A stretch of 64,000 nt of DNA from Betaproteobacteria bacterium (GTDB taxonomy: Bacteria; Pseudomonadota; Gammaproteobacteria; Burkholderiales; Casimicrobiaceae), in the NCBI GenBank assembly GCA_039931775.1, contig JBDTRG010000185.1:13337-77336 (forward strand), in the 5' to 3' direction. Positions 39,436-48,360 of the stretch are shown here, piece after piece; positions within the stretch are counted from its first letter, which is position 1; each line of letters begins with the position of its first letter. The notes under the pieces were generated by a model. That model did not search any database and was not told the DNA's origin. It saw only the letters and a program-made list of their open reading frames with translations. The position numbers and the translations under genes were made by a program.

Positions 39436-40194
39436 CTATTGCGGAAAGCGCTTCTCGTACTCGGCCGTGATCCGCTTGTACGTGCCGTCCGCCTTCATCG
39501 TCTCCAGCGCGTCCCCGAGGGCCTTGACGACCTTCCGGTCGGTCTGCGGACTACACGCGAGGAACAATGGCTGCTCGCTGGCGATGAAGATGAGCTTCAG
39601 ATCGGTCACTTTTGCCGCCCTCGCCACCTCGCGCCCGGAATACAGGCTCGTGATCCAGAGATCAATGTGGTCCGGATTGTCGCGCGGAAGGAATAGCAAC
39701 GGCGGGTTCTGCGCATCCTCTCGTACCGAGCGCAGTTCATTGACTCCGTTCTCGCGCAAAAACTCGGCCTTCGCGTCGCGAAGCACGGTACCGATCCGGT
39801 ATGGCGCGAGGTCCTTCAAGGTCCGGATCTGCGGCGCGAAGTCGCCCTTGCCGAATACCGCCCACAGATTGGTCGCGATCGGCCCGACCCAGAGGAACAG
39901 CCGCTCGCGATTTTCGAGCCGTGCCGTGGCGAACAGGCAGATTTCCCGTTGGCCCTGGGTTCGGACATACGCCAGGTCCCACGGGAGGACTTCGAACTTT
40001 ACCGGCACGCCGGCGCGTGTCGCCATCTCGCTAACGATATCCGACGCCGAGCCTGTCAGCTTGCCCTTATCCGTGTAGTTGAACGGCGGATTTTCCTCGG
40101 TGAGCAGCGTCAGCGCCGAAGCGGGCGCCGCGGCAGTTGCGCCCGCGAGGAGCGCGGCGAAGGCATGAAGCAGCAGGCGTGGCATCGGCAGCAT
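39436..40194 (-). CDS. periplasmic solute-binding protein (SBP_bac_3-like)
   Basis: Start MLPMPRLLLHAFAALLAGATAAAPASA (signal peptide) inside track ORF 39436..40413. ENPPFNY motif. Confidence 0.8.
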   Translation of the reverse strand: MLPMPRLLLHAFAALLAGATAAAPASALTLLTEENPPFNYTDKGKLTGSASDIVSEMATRAGVPVKFEVLPWDLAYVRTQGQREICLFATARLENRERLFLWVGPIATNLWAVFGKGDFAPQIRTLKDLAPYRIGTVLRDAKAEFLRENGVNELRSVREDAQNPPLLFLPRDNPDHIDLWITSLYSGREVARAAKVTDLKLIFIASEQPLFLACSPQTDRKVVKALGDALETMKADGTYKRITAEYEKRFPQ

Positions 40195-40286
40195 CAGTAG
40201 TCCCCGGCGAAAACCACAGCCGGGAGCAGGGCGTCCATTGTCGCATCCGCGACCCCGAACACCAACGCCGCTTCGGATCGACGCCG

Positions 40287-41180
40287 TTATCGACTCGCAT
40301 CCGCGGGGAACAGCCTCTCGCCGTTGCCGGACGCGATCATCGAAGCGACGTCCGGCGGCAGCTGCCCGAGCCAGCTCCGGTAGTAGGCCATGATTTCGCC
40401 ATACTGCTCCCAACGACCATTGACCCAGGTATCGGAACCCACGACAAACCGGTCGGGGTGCGCCATGAACAGCGTGCGCCAGGCGGGCGCGAGCTTTCCA
40501 TCCTCCGTGATGTCATACCGGAACGACAGCTCGCCGACGAGGTTTGGGTAGCGCTCCATGTACCGGGCGACTTTGGCAGGCGGCGTCGTGAACCCGGTGT
40601 GCGCCCAGATGATCCTGGCCGTCGGGTCGTGGGCGAAGAGGATTTCGAGCGCGGCATCGTCGCAGTGCGCATGCAGCCAGAGCTTGCGTTCCACGGCCAG
40701 GGCCACGATCCGTTTGACCCAATCGGTCCCGGCATCGCGACCGAAGACGTGGAATTCCCCAATTCCCCGATACCCGACATCTCGCTTCAGCTCGGATTCG
40801 ACCAGGGCGAAGATCCCCGGGTCGTTGAACCAGGTCCCGACGTCGGCGCGGTTTCGGTAGGGACGTACGAACGGGACGACGCGCGGCGCCGCGCGTGGAT
40901 CCGCCTTGGCCGAGGCGACAAGCGCGCGCGTCCCGTCGTTCGGCCGGCTCGTCGCGAGGATCGTCGCGACGCCGTTCTCGCGAAACCGCCTCAATACCTC
41001 CGCCAACGGGTAGACGGCAGTCGCCTCGTCATTGAAATGAAGATGCGCGTCGAAGATCGGCAGCGGCTCGGCGGGCAAGCCGGACGTGGCGTAGAAGAGC
41101 GCCGCGAGGACGCAGATCGCCCTCCCGATGGGCGGCCGGGGGACTCGGGTTGCCGCCGTCAAGTAGCGATCATGGCGCAC
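40287..41180 (-). CDS. amidohydrolase-family (TIM-barrel metal hydrolase) protein, probably exported
   Basis: IFDAHLHF metal motif and LHAHCD. A candidate GTG start gives the hydrophobic N-terminus RAICVLAALFYATSGLPA. Confidence 0.75.
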   Translation of the reverse strand: MRHDRYLTAATRVPRPPIGRAICVLAALFYATSGLPAEPLPIFDAHLHFNDEATAVYPLAEVLRRFRENGVATILATSRPNDGTRALVASAKADPRAAPRVVPFVRPYRNRADVGTWFNDPGIFALVESELKRDVGYRGIGEFHVFGRDAGTDWVKRIVALAVERKLWLHAHCDDAALEILFAHDPTARIIWAHTGFTTPPAKVARYMERYPNLVGELSFRYDITEDGKLAPAWRTLFMAHPDRFVVGSDTWVNGRWEQYGEIMAYYRSWLGQLPPDVASMIASGNGERLFPADASR

Positions 41181-41504
41181 GTCGGACGAAAGTGTGGCAT
41201 CGCATCGGCACGGATTCAAGCGCAATGCGGCGACATCGGGCCGCCCCGGGTGCCTCAAAGGCGCGCCGCCGCACCGGGTCGGCCCGCTCCCGGGGTGTCG
41301 TTTCTGCATCGGCTGCGCAAACGAGGCGCGCGTCCGGCGGTTCCACGGCTTCGATTGCGCCTCGAAAAAACCGCTTTCGAGGGATTCCCTTCGCTCCGAA
41401 TTGCGCTATAGTTGCCGCCGATGGAGCAGTGTTACCCGTGACAGGACGGTCTGCTTCAGAGTGTTCGGCGTTGTGTTGTGCGTCTACTCACAGGAAGGAG
41501 CACT

Positions 41505-41915
41505 ATGGCTACTGCCAAGAAAGCAACAAAGAAGCCGGCCGCGAAGAAATCCGCCGCGAAGAAGCCCGCAGCAAAGAAACCCGCTGCGAAGAAACCCGCT
41601 GCGAAAAAAGCACCGGCAAAAAAACCCGCCGCAAAGAAAGCTGCAAAGAAACCCGCCGCAAAGCGCAAGCCCAATGCCGCGTTCATGAAGGCGATGACGC
41701 CGTCGGCGATGCTCGCTGCGGTCATCGGATCCACGCCGATGCCGCGCACCGAAGTCACGAAGAAGATCTGGGATTACATCAAGAAGAACAAGCTCCAGGA
41801 CGCCATCAATCGGCGTCTCATCAACGCCGACGAAAAGCTCCGCGCCGTGTTCGGTGGCAAAGGCAAGGTGTCGATGTTCGAAATGACGAAACTCGTTTCG
41901 AATCACCTGAAGTAA
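41505..41915 (+). CDS. SWIB/MDM2-domain protein with histone-H1-like AKKP-repeat N-terminal tail
   Basis: GAAGGAG lies upstream of the ATG. The protein starts MATAKKATKKPAAKKSAAKKPAAKKPAAKKPAAKKAPAKKPAAKK, followed by PSAMLAAVIGSTPMPRTEVTKKIWDYIKKNKLQD...FEMTKLVSNHL (SWIB). Confidence 0.85.
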   Translation: MATAKKATKKPAAKKSAAKKPAAKKPAAKKPAAKKAPAKKPAAKKAAKKPAAKRKPNAAFMKAMTPSAMLAAVIGSTPMPRTEVTKKIWDYIKKNKLQDAINRRLINADEKLRAVFGGKGKVSMFEMTKLVSNHLK

Positions 41916-41954
41916 GGAAACGACGCGCCCCCGAACTTCGAGGGCGGCGATGCC

Positions 41955-41993
41955 ACGGCCGGCCGGGCTTGCCCCGCCGGCCGTGATTTTTTT
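41955..41993 (+). terminator. rho-independent terminator of the SWIB gene
   Basis: ACGGCCGGC-loop-GCCGGCCGT followed by GATTTTTTT. Confidence 0.7.
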
Positions 41994-42156
41994 AAGGAGG
42001 TCCGTGCCTGCGCATCCGCTTCGCACGCCACTGGCGTGCAACCCTCGGGCGACGCTACGCGGTACAGTCGTACCTTGGCGGCGAGCCGCCTCGAGAGGGC
42101 GCGCCGCCACCGCGCGTGACTCCGCCCGCAACCCAGCCCGCCCCGCCCCTTCGCCG

Positions 42157-42534
42157 ATGGCGTCGCAACTCATTCCGCAATTCTTCCGCTACGGGGGCGC
42201 CGGTGCGATCGGCACCGTCGCCCACTTCGCCGTTCTCACGGCGCTCGTCCATTTCGCAGGCGCGGGTGCGGTGATCGCCTCCACCGCCGGAGCGGTCGCC
42301 GGCGCAATCGTCAACTACGCGATCAACTACCGGTTCACATTCGCGAGTCGCCGCGGGCATCGAATCGCGCTGCCGCGCTTTTGCGCCGTCGCGGGCGCCG
42401 GCATCGTCCTCAACGCAATCGTGCTAACCGCGTTGCTCGCGTTCATCGAGCCGCACTATCTCGTTGCGCAGGTCGTCGCGACAGGCGTGGTGCTCGTCGC
42501 CGGTTTCCTCGCGAATCGCCAATGGACGTTCTGA
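42157..42534 (+). CDS. GtrA-family membrane protein (polyprenol-sugar flippase-like)
   Basis: FFRYGGAGAIGTVAHF...NRQWTF, four TM segments, 125 aa. The start lies inside track ORF 41950..42534. Confidence 0.85.
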   Translation: MASQLIPQFFRYGGAGAIGTVAHFAVLTALVHFAGAGAVIASTAGAVAGAIVNYAINYRFTFASRRGHRIALPRFCAVAGAGIVLNAIVLTALLAFIEPHYLVAQVVATGVVLVAGFLANRQWTF

Positions 42535-43550
42535 GCCCGATCGTCGCGACGCAAAACGTGATCGGCGGCGCGCGGCCTTCGCTTTCGGTCGTCGTGCCCG
42601 CCTACAACGAGGAGCCGGTGTTGCGCGATTTCCACCGCCGCCTCGCCGCCGTGCTGGACACGGTCGACGCCGACGCCGAAATCATCTACGTCAACGACGG
42701 CAGTCGCGACGGGTCGATGGCGCTGCTCGCGGACTTCCATCGCGCCGATGACCGCGTCGAGGTCATCGACTTGTCGAGGAACTTCGGCAAGGAGGTGGCG
42801 ATGAGCGCCGGGCTCGACGCGGCGAACGGCGATGCGGTCATCGTCATCGACGCCGACCTGCAGGATCCGCCCGAACTGATCCCGGACATGATCCGCGCGT
42901 GGCGGGACGGCGCCGACGTCGTGCTGATGCGGCGCCGGAATCGCGCGCAGGAGTCCTGGCTCAAGAAAACGACCGCGCGCATCTTCTATCGCGCGATGGG
43001 CAGCCTCGGCACCATCGACATCCCCGAGAACGTCGGCGATTTCCGGCTGCTGTCGCGCCGTGCCGCTTCGGCGTTGCGACGGCTCCCGGAGCGCGCACGC
43101 TTCATGAAGGGGCTGTTCGCGTGGATCGGCTTTCCGACGATCGAGATCGAATACGACCGCGACGGCCGCTATGCCGGCACCACCAAATGGAACTACTGGC
43201 GGCTCTGGAACTTCGCGCTGGAAGGCATCACGTCGTTCTCGGTGGTGCCGCTCAAATTTGCGAGCTACGCCGGCCTCATGACCGCGCTGATCGCGTTCGG
43301 CTACGGCGTGAAGGTGATCGTCAAGACCCTGCTGTACGGCGACCCGGTCGCCGGCTACCCGACGCTGGTGGTGATCGTGCTGTTCCTCGGCGGCCTGCAG
43401 CTGATGGCCCTCGGCCTGATCGGCGAATACCTGGCGCGCATGTTCATCGAGGTCAAGCAGCGCCCGCTCTACCTCGTCCAGGGACATCTGCGAGCGGCAC
43501 GACCGGTCCCCGCGCGCGAGGATCCCGCGGCGCCCGGCCGGGCCCGATGA
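42522..43550 (+). CDS. GT2 polyprenol-phosphate glycosyltransferase (GtrB/ArnC-like)
   Basis: LSVVVPAYNEE, IDADLQDPPE (DxD), and two C-terminal TM helices. It overlaps gtrA by 13 nt. Confidence 0.9.
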   Translation: MDVLSPIVATQNVIGGARPSLSVVVPAYNEEPVLRDFHRRLAAVLDTVDADAEIIYVNDGSRDGSMALLADFHRADDRVEVIDLSRNFGKEVAMSAGLDAANGDAVIVIDADLQDPPELIPDMIRAWRDGADVVLMRRRNRAQESWLKKTTARIFYRAMGSLGTIDIPENVGDFRLLSRRAASALRRLPERARFMKGLFAWIGFPTIEIEYDRDGRYAGTTKWNYWRLWNFALEGITSFSVVPLKFASYAGLMTALIAFGYGVKVIVKTLLYGDPVAGYPTLVVIVLFLGGLQLMALGLIGEYLARMFIEVKQRPLYLVQGHLRAARPVPAREDPAAPGRAR

Positions 43551-45037
43551 CCTTCACCCTGACCGCGCGCGAACGCCGGTGCCTCGCATGGTTCGTCGTC
43601 GCCGTGGCGGTAATCCGGCTCGCGACGCTCCCCGCCTACCCGCTGATGGACACGACGGAATCGCGGTACGCGGAGATCGCCCGCAAGATGCTGGAAACGG
43701 GCGACTGGCTCGTTCCGCAATTCGACTACGGCGTCCCGTTCTGGGGGAAGCCGCCGCTTTCCACCTGGTTGTCCGCGGCATCGATGGCCGTCTTCGGCGC
43801 CAACGAGTTCGCCGTCCGGTTGCCGTCGTTGCTGCTCATGGCCGGCTGCGCAGCGCTCGTCTACGCGCTCGCCGCGCTGCGCGGAGGGCGCGACCAGGCG
43901 CTGTGGACTCTCGCCCTCTTCGCGGCGACCGCCATGGTATTCATCGCGGCCGGCGGGGTGATGACCGACCCGGCGCTCGTCCTCGGCACGACGCTGTCGA
44001 TGGCCGGCTTCTGGATCGCGGTCCACGGCGCCGAAAAGGGCCGCGGTGTCGCCGGTTGCGCCTTCTTCGCAGGCCTCGCCGTCGGGCTGCTGGCGAAGGG
44101 GCCGGTCGCCGTCATTCTAGTCTTTGCGCCGATCGGTGCGACGATCCTGTGGATGCGATCCTGGCGCGCCGCGTGGCGACACCTGCCGTGGATCCTCGGA
44201 CTGACCGCGACGGCGGTATTCACCGGCGCATGGTATTGGGCGGCGGAGCGCGCGTCGCCGGGCTTCCTCGAATACTTCCTCGTCGGCGAGCACTGGAAGC
44301 GCTTCGTCGAGCCGGGCTGGAAAGGCGATCTCTACGGGACCGCGCACTCCCGAATCCGCGGAATGATCTGGCTATTCTGGGTCGCTGCGGCCCTCCCGTG
44401 GTCGGTCGCCGCGATCGCAGGGCTCGCTCGCGCGGCGACGTGGAGCCGCGACGCCCGGCGGGCATTGGCCGCCGACCCGTGGCGCGTCTACCTCCTGCTG
44501 TGGACGATCGCGCCGATGGCATTCTTCACGCCCGCCGGCAACATTCTCATCACGTATGTGTTGCCGGGATTGCCGGCGTTCGCGCTTCTGGTCGGCGATC
44601 GGTTACGGCCCGATGACGGCGCGCGCGGCGCGACGCCCGATCCGGGCGCATTGCGTCCCGCGGTGCGGCGCGCGCTCTACGCCGGTGCCGTCGTCCCTGC
44701 GCTGTTCGTCGCCGCGATCGTGGCGCTGCACGGCCAGCTCGAGACTGAACGCTCGCAGAAGGCGCTGGTCCGCGATTACCTCGAAGGGCGCCCGGGCGCA
44801 GGATCGCGCCTCGTCTACTTCCCGCAGCGGCCGCACTCGGCCGAGTTCTATTCGCGCGGGAAAGCGCAAAGGGCGCCCGACCGGGAGGCCCTCCACGCCT
44901 ACCTCGACGATTCGACGCCGGACTACTTCGCGATCCGGGATTCGGACTTCAAGGCGCTTCCCGGCGCCGATCGCGAAAGGCTCGAAGCGATCGGCGCCTA
45001 CGGCGAGTATCGATTGCTGCGCGGCACACCGCGCTGA
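43547..45037 (+). CDS. GT-C fold glycosyltransferase (ArnT/PMT_2-like, family 39/83)
   Basis: DTTESRYAEIARKMLETGDWLVPQFDYGVPFWGKPPL signature and multiple TM segments. It overlaps the GT2 gene via ATGA. Confidence 0.85.
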   Translation: MTFTLTARERRCLAWFVVAVAVIRLATLPAYPLMDTTESRYAEIARKMLETGDWLVPQFDYGVPFWGKPPLSTWLSAASMAVFGANEFAVRLPSLLLMAGCAALVYALAALRGGRDQALWTLALFAATAMVFIAAGGVMTDPALVLGTTLSMAGFWIAVHGAEKGRGVAGCAFFAGLAVGLLAKGPVAVILVFAPIGATILWMRSWRAAWRHLPWILGLTATAVFTGAWYWAAERASPGFLEYFLVGEHWKRFVEPGWKGDLYGTAHSRIRGMIWLFWVAAALPWSVAAIAGLARAATWSRDARRALAADPWRVYLLLWTIAPMAFFTPAGNILITYVLPGLPAFALLVGDRLRPDDGARGATPDPGALRPAVRRALYAGAVVPALFVAAIVALHGQLETERSQKALVRDYLEGRPGAGSRLVYFPQRPHSAEFYSRGKAQRAPDREALHAYLDDSTPDYFAIRDSDFKALPGADRERLEAIGAYGEYRLLRGTPR

Positions 45038-45047
45038 CAGAAGCCGG

Positions 45048-45920
45048 CTATTGCCGGTTCGACAGCGCAGCGATGCGCTCCTCGATCGGCGGGTGCGTCG
45101 AGAAGAGCGCCATGATTCCCGCCTTGTCGGTGATGCCGAATCCGCTCATCGCCTTCGGCAGCTCGCCCGGTTCGAGACCGCCGAGACGACGCAGCGCGTT
45201 GACCATCGGCGTCGGCGATCCGAGAAACTTCGCTGAACCGGCATCGGCACGGAACTCGCGGCGGCGCGAAAAGTACGCGACGATCATCGACGCAAGTATG
45301 CCGAGGACGATCTGCGCGACGATCACCGTGATGAAGTAGCCGGGGCCTGTGCCGCGCTCGGTGCGGAACACCGTCTTGTCGACGATGGAGCCGATGATGC
45401 GGGCGAGGAACACGACGAACGTGTTGACCACGCCCTGAATCAGCGCGAGGGTCACCATGTCGCCGTTCGCCACGTGCGCGATCTCATGCCCGAGCACGGC
45501 CTCGACCTCCTCCCTGTTCATCGACTGCAACAGTCCGGTGGAGACTGCAACGAGCGCCGAGTTCTTGAACGCGCCGGTGGCGAACGCGTTCGGTGCGCCT
45601 TCGTACATCGCGACCTCGGGCATTCCGATGCCCGCGGTGGTCGCCAGCCGGCGAACCGTCTCGACAAGCCAGGCTTCGTGCTCGTTCTGCGGCGTCTCGA
45701 TCACCTTGGCGCCCGTCGACCATTTGGCCATCGGCTTCGAGATCAGCAATGAAATGATTGCACCGGTGAACCCGACGACGAACGAGAACGCCAGCAACGG
45801 ACCCATCCCGACGCCGGACTGCGCGGCCATCATGCGATCGAGCCCGAGCACGCGCAGCACGAACGAGAGGACGAGGAGGACGGCGATGTTGGTCGCGAGG
45901 AAGAGAACGATGCGTTTCAT
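45048..45920 (-). CDS. htpX: zinc metalloprotease HtpX
   Basis: [11 protein letters not shown] zinc motif, four TM segments, 290 aa. Confidence 0.95.
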   Translation of the reverse strand: MKRIVLFLATNIAVLLVLSFVLRVLGLDRMMAAQSGVGMGPLLAFSFVVGFTGAIISLLISKPMAKWSTGAKVIETPQNEHEAWLVETVRRLATTAGIGMPEVAMYEGAPNAFATGAFKNSALVAVSTGLLQSMNREEVEAVLGHEIAHVANGDMVTLALIQGVVNTFVVFLARIIGSIVDKTVFRTERGTGPGYFITVIVAQIVLGILASMIVAYFSRRREFRADAGSAKFLGSPTPMVNALRRLGGLEPGELPKAMSGFGITDKAGIMALFSTHPPIEERIAALSNRQ

Positions 45921-46066
45921 GCGTTGACCTCCAGAGAAGTGGGAGCGGACGCGATTCTAGCGCGCCCGGGTAATGTGGGGTCGAGCGCCGGCATTTTCCA
46001 GTCCCAGGGGAACAGGCTGCCGGCGGGCCCTGGCGCCGGGGAATCGCGGTTCAGGCGATGTCGCGC

Positions 46067-47935
46067 CTACCGCTGCGCCCAGGAATCCTTCAGGGTAACC
46101 GTGCGATTGAACACCGGCTTCCCCGGTACGTGGTCCCGAAGGTCCGCGACGAAATAGCCGTGTCGTTCGAACTGGACGCACGTCTCCGACACGACGTCGT
46201 TCAACGCCGGCTCGACGAAGGCAGTGACCGTGCGCATCGATTCCGGATTGAGGTCGTCGCGCCAGTTGCGCTCGACCGGTTCGGTGGCCTCCTCGTCGTC
46301 GTCGCCGGCGACGACCACCGCATGCACCGTCGCCACCTCGGCGACGGCGCCATCCTGGCGGGCGGGCCCCGGGTTGCGCGCGCCGGGAAACGGGACCGCG
46401 AACAGCCGGTCGTAGAGCCGCACTTCCGCCGGCTTCGCGTGCGCCGCCGAGAGCCAATGGATGTTGCCCTTGACCTTTCGCGCATCGGCGCCCGGCGTGC
46501 CGCTGCGCGTAGCCGGGTCGAGCGTGCAATGAACGGCCGTCACGTTGCCGTCGGCGTCCTTGTCGGCGCCGACGCACCTGACGATGTACGCGTACCGCAG
46601 CCGCACCTCGGTGCCCGGGGCCAGGCGGAAATACCCCTTCGGAGGATCCTCTCGGTAGTCGTCGCGCTCGATCCACAGCTCGCGCGAGAACGGCAGCGCG
46701 CGCTTGCCCCACTCGGGTCGCTGCGGATGGTTCGGCGCGAAGCATTCTTCGACGTCCCCTTCCGGATAGTTGTCGATGACGAGCCGGACGGGATCGAGCA
46801 CGGCGACGCGACGCGGCGCGCGGGCGTTGAGATCCTCGCGCATGCAGTCCTCGAGGACGCTCATGTCGATCCACGAATCGGCCTTCGACACGCCGATGCG
46901 CTCGGCGAAGAGGCGCAATCCCTCGGGTGTGAAGCCGCGGCGGCGTGCACCGACGAGCGTCGGCATCCTCGGGTCGTCCCAGGCGTCGACGTGCCGCCCG
47001 GCGACGAGCTCGATCAGCTTGCGCTTCGACAGCATGACGTAGGTGAGATTGAGGCGCGCGAACTCGTGTTGCTGCGGCAGCGGCCGCGCGAGCTTCCCGC
47101 CCTCGGCGAGGCGCCCGAGCACCCAGTCGTACAGCGGGCGGTGGTCCTGGAACTCGAGCGTGCAGATCGAATGCGTAATCGCTTCGAGCGCATCGGAGAT
47201 GCAATGCGTGTAATCGTAGAGCGGGTAGATGCACCACTTGTCGCCGGTGCGGTGGTGCGTCGCGTGCCGGATCCGGTAGATCGTCGGATCGCGCATATTG
47301 ATGTTCGGGCTCGCCATGTCGATCTTGAGGCGAAGCACGTGCGCGCCGTCCGGAAACTCGCCCGCCTTCATCCGCCGGAAGAGGTCGAGGTTCTCCGCGA
47401 CGCTCCGGCTGCGGTAGACGCTCGCCTGTCCGGCCTCCGTCAGCGTCCCGCGCAGGGCGCGCATCTCGGCCGGCGTCGAACTCTCGACGTAGGCCAGCCC
47501 CTGCGCGATGAACCACTCGGCGAATTCGAAGAGCCGGTCGTAGTAGTCGGACGCGTGATAGCGGTGGACACCCCAATCGAAGCCCAGCCAGCGCACCGAG
47601 TCGGCGATCGAGTCTTCGAACTCGACGTCCTCCTTGATCGGATTGGTGTCGTCGAAACGCAGGTGGCACTGTCCGCCGTTTTCGGCGGCGAGCCCGAAGT
47701 TCAGGATGATCGACTTGGCGTGTCCGTAATGCAGATAACCGTTGGGTTCCGGTGGAAACCGGGTGACGACCCGGCCCGCGTACTTGCCGGTCCGCTCATC
47801 CTCGTTGATGATCGCGCGGAGGAAGTTCGATGCCGGCACGGCCGAGCCCGGCGTGCGCTCGAACGGCGTGCGGTGACTTGGGATTGCCGATGATTCGGTC
47901 CCACGGGATTTTTCTTGCGGCGGTGCAGCACTCAT
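46067..47935 (-). CDS. glnS: glutaminyl-tRNA synthetase
   Basis: RFPPEPNGYLHYGHAKS (HIGH) and VMLSKRKL (KMSKS-like). Confidence 0.95.
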   Translation of the reverse strand: MSAAPPQEKSRGTESSAIPSHRTPFERTPGSAVPASNFLRAIINEDERTGKYAGRVVTRFPPEPNGYLHYGHAKSIILNFGLAAENGGQCHLRFDDTNPIKEDVEFEDSIADSVRWLGFDWGVHRYHASDYYDRLFEFAEWFIAQGLAYVESSTPAEMRALRGTLTEAGQASVYRSRSVAENLDLFRRMKAGEFPDGAHVLRLKIDMASPNINMRDPTIYRIRHATHHRTGDKWCIYPLYDYTHCISDALEAITHSICTLEFQDHRPLYDWVLGRLAEGGKLARPLPQQHEFARLNLTYVMLSKRKLIELVAGRHVDAWDDPRMPTLVGARRRGFTPEGLRLFAERIGVSKADSWIDMSVLEDCMREDLNARAPRRVAVLDPVRLVIDNYPEGDVEECFAPNHPQRPEWGKRALPFSRELWIERDDYREDPPKGYFRLAPGTEVRLRYAYIVRCVGADKDADGNVTAVHCTLDPATRSGTPGADARKVKGNIHWLSAAHAKPAEVRLYDRLFAVPFPGARNPGPARQDGAVAEVATVHAVVVAGDDDEEATEPVERNWRDDLNPESMRTVTAFVEPALNDVVSETCVQFERHGYFVADLRDHVPGKPVFNRTVTLKDSWAQR

Positions 47936-48090
47936 CGACGTTTGTTCATGAACAATCGGTACCTGTCTGCCATTCTAACCGGCGGGGCGACACCCGTCAG
48001 CGACCATGCTCCCAGTGCGGCGGGCGGGGTGCCCGGAAACCCGCGCCAGACAAGGCTTTCCGGGGGGTCGGGCCGCCCGGCTCGGGCGTG

Positions 48091-48113
48091 TTGTCCACAA
48101 ATCCTGTGGATAA
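48091..48113. promoter_or_regulatory. inverted pair of DnaA-box-like 9-mers
   Basis: TTGTCCACA (one mismatch to TTATCCACA), AATCC, then TGTGGATAA (a perfect box in reverse orientation). It lies in the 425-bp glnS/xseA divergent intergenic region. Confidence 0.35.
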
Positions 48114-48360
48114 AAGTGTGCGTATCTTGTAAATTCGGACGCTAAGTAGTGCGCAGGCCGGGAAAAACGTTGCGATGCCCGATTTCGCGCCTAGTTTTCC
48201 CCTAGTCATTTCATGGACTTGCATGGCCATTCCGGTAGGCGCCCCGCCCGAGTTTCGGTCGGTTCGAAGGCCTTCGCGACACCGGAATTGCAACCCTCCG
48301 ACAAATATTTGACCTGGACAAACCGCGTATGACAGACAACTTGTCAAACCCGCGCCCGGG

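Noticed and set aside
48091-48360. Chromosomal replication origin (oriC)
   Set aside because: There are only two DnaA boxes, no AT-rich 13-mer-like unwinding element, and no dnaA, dnaN, gidA or parAB nearby. I kept it only as a possible regulatory or titration site.
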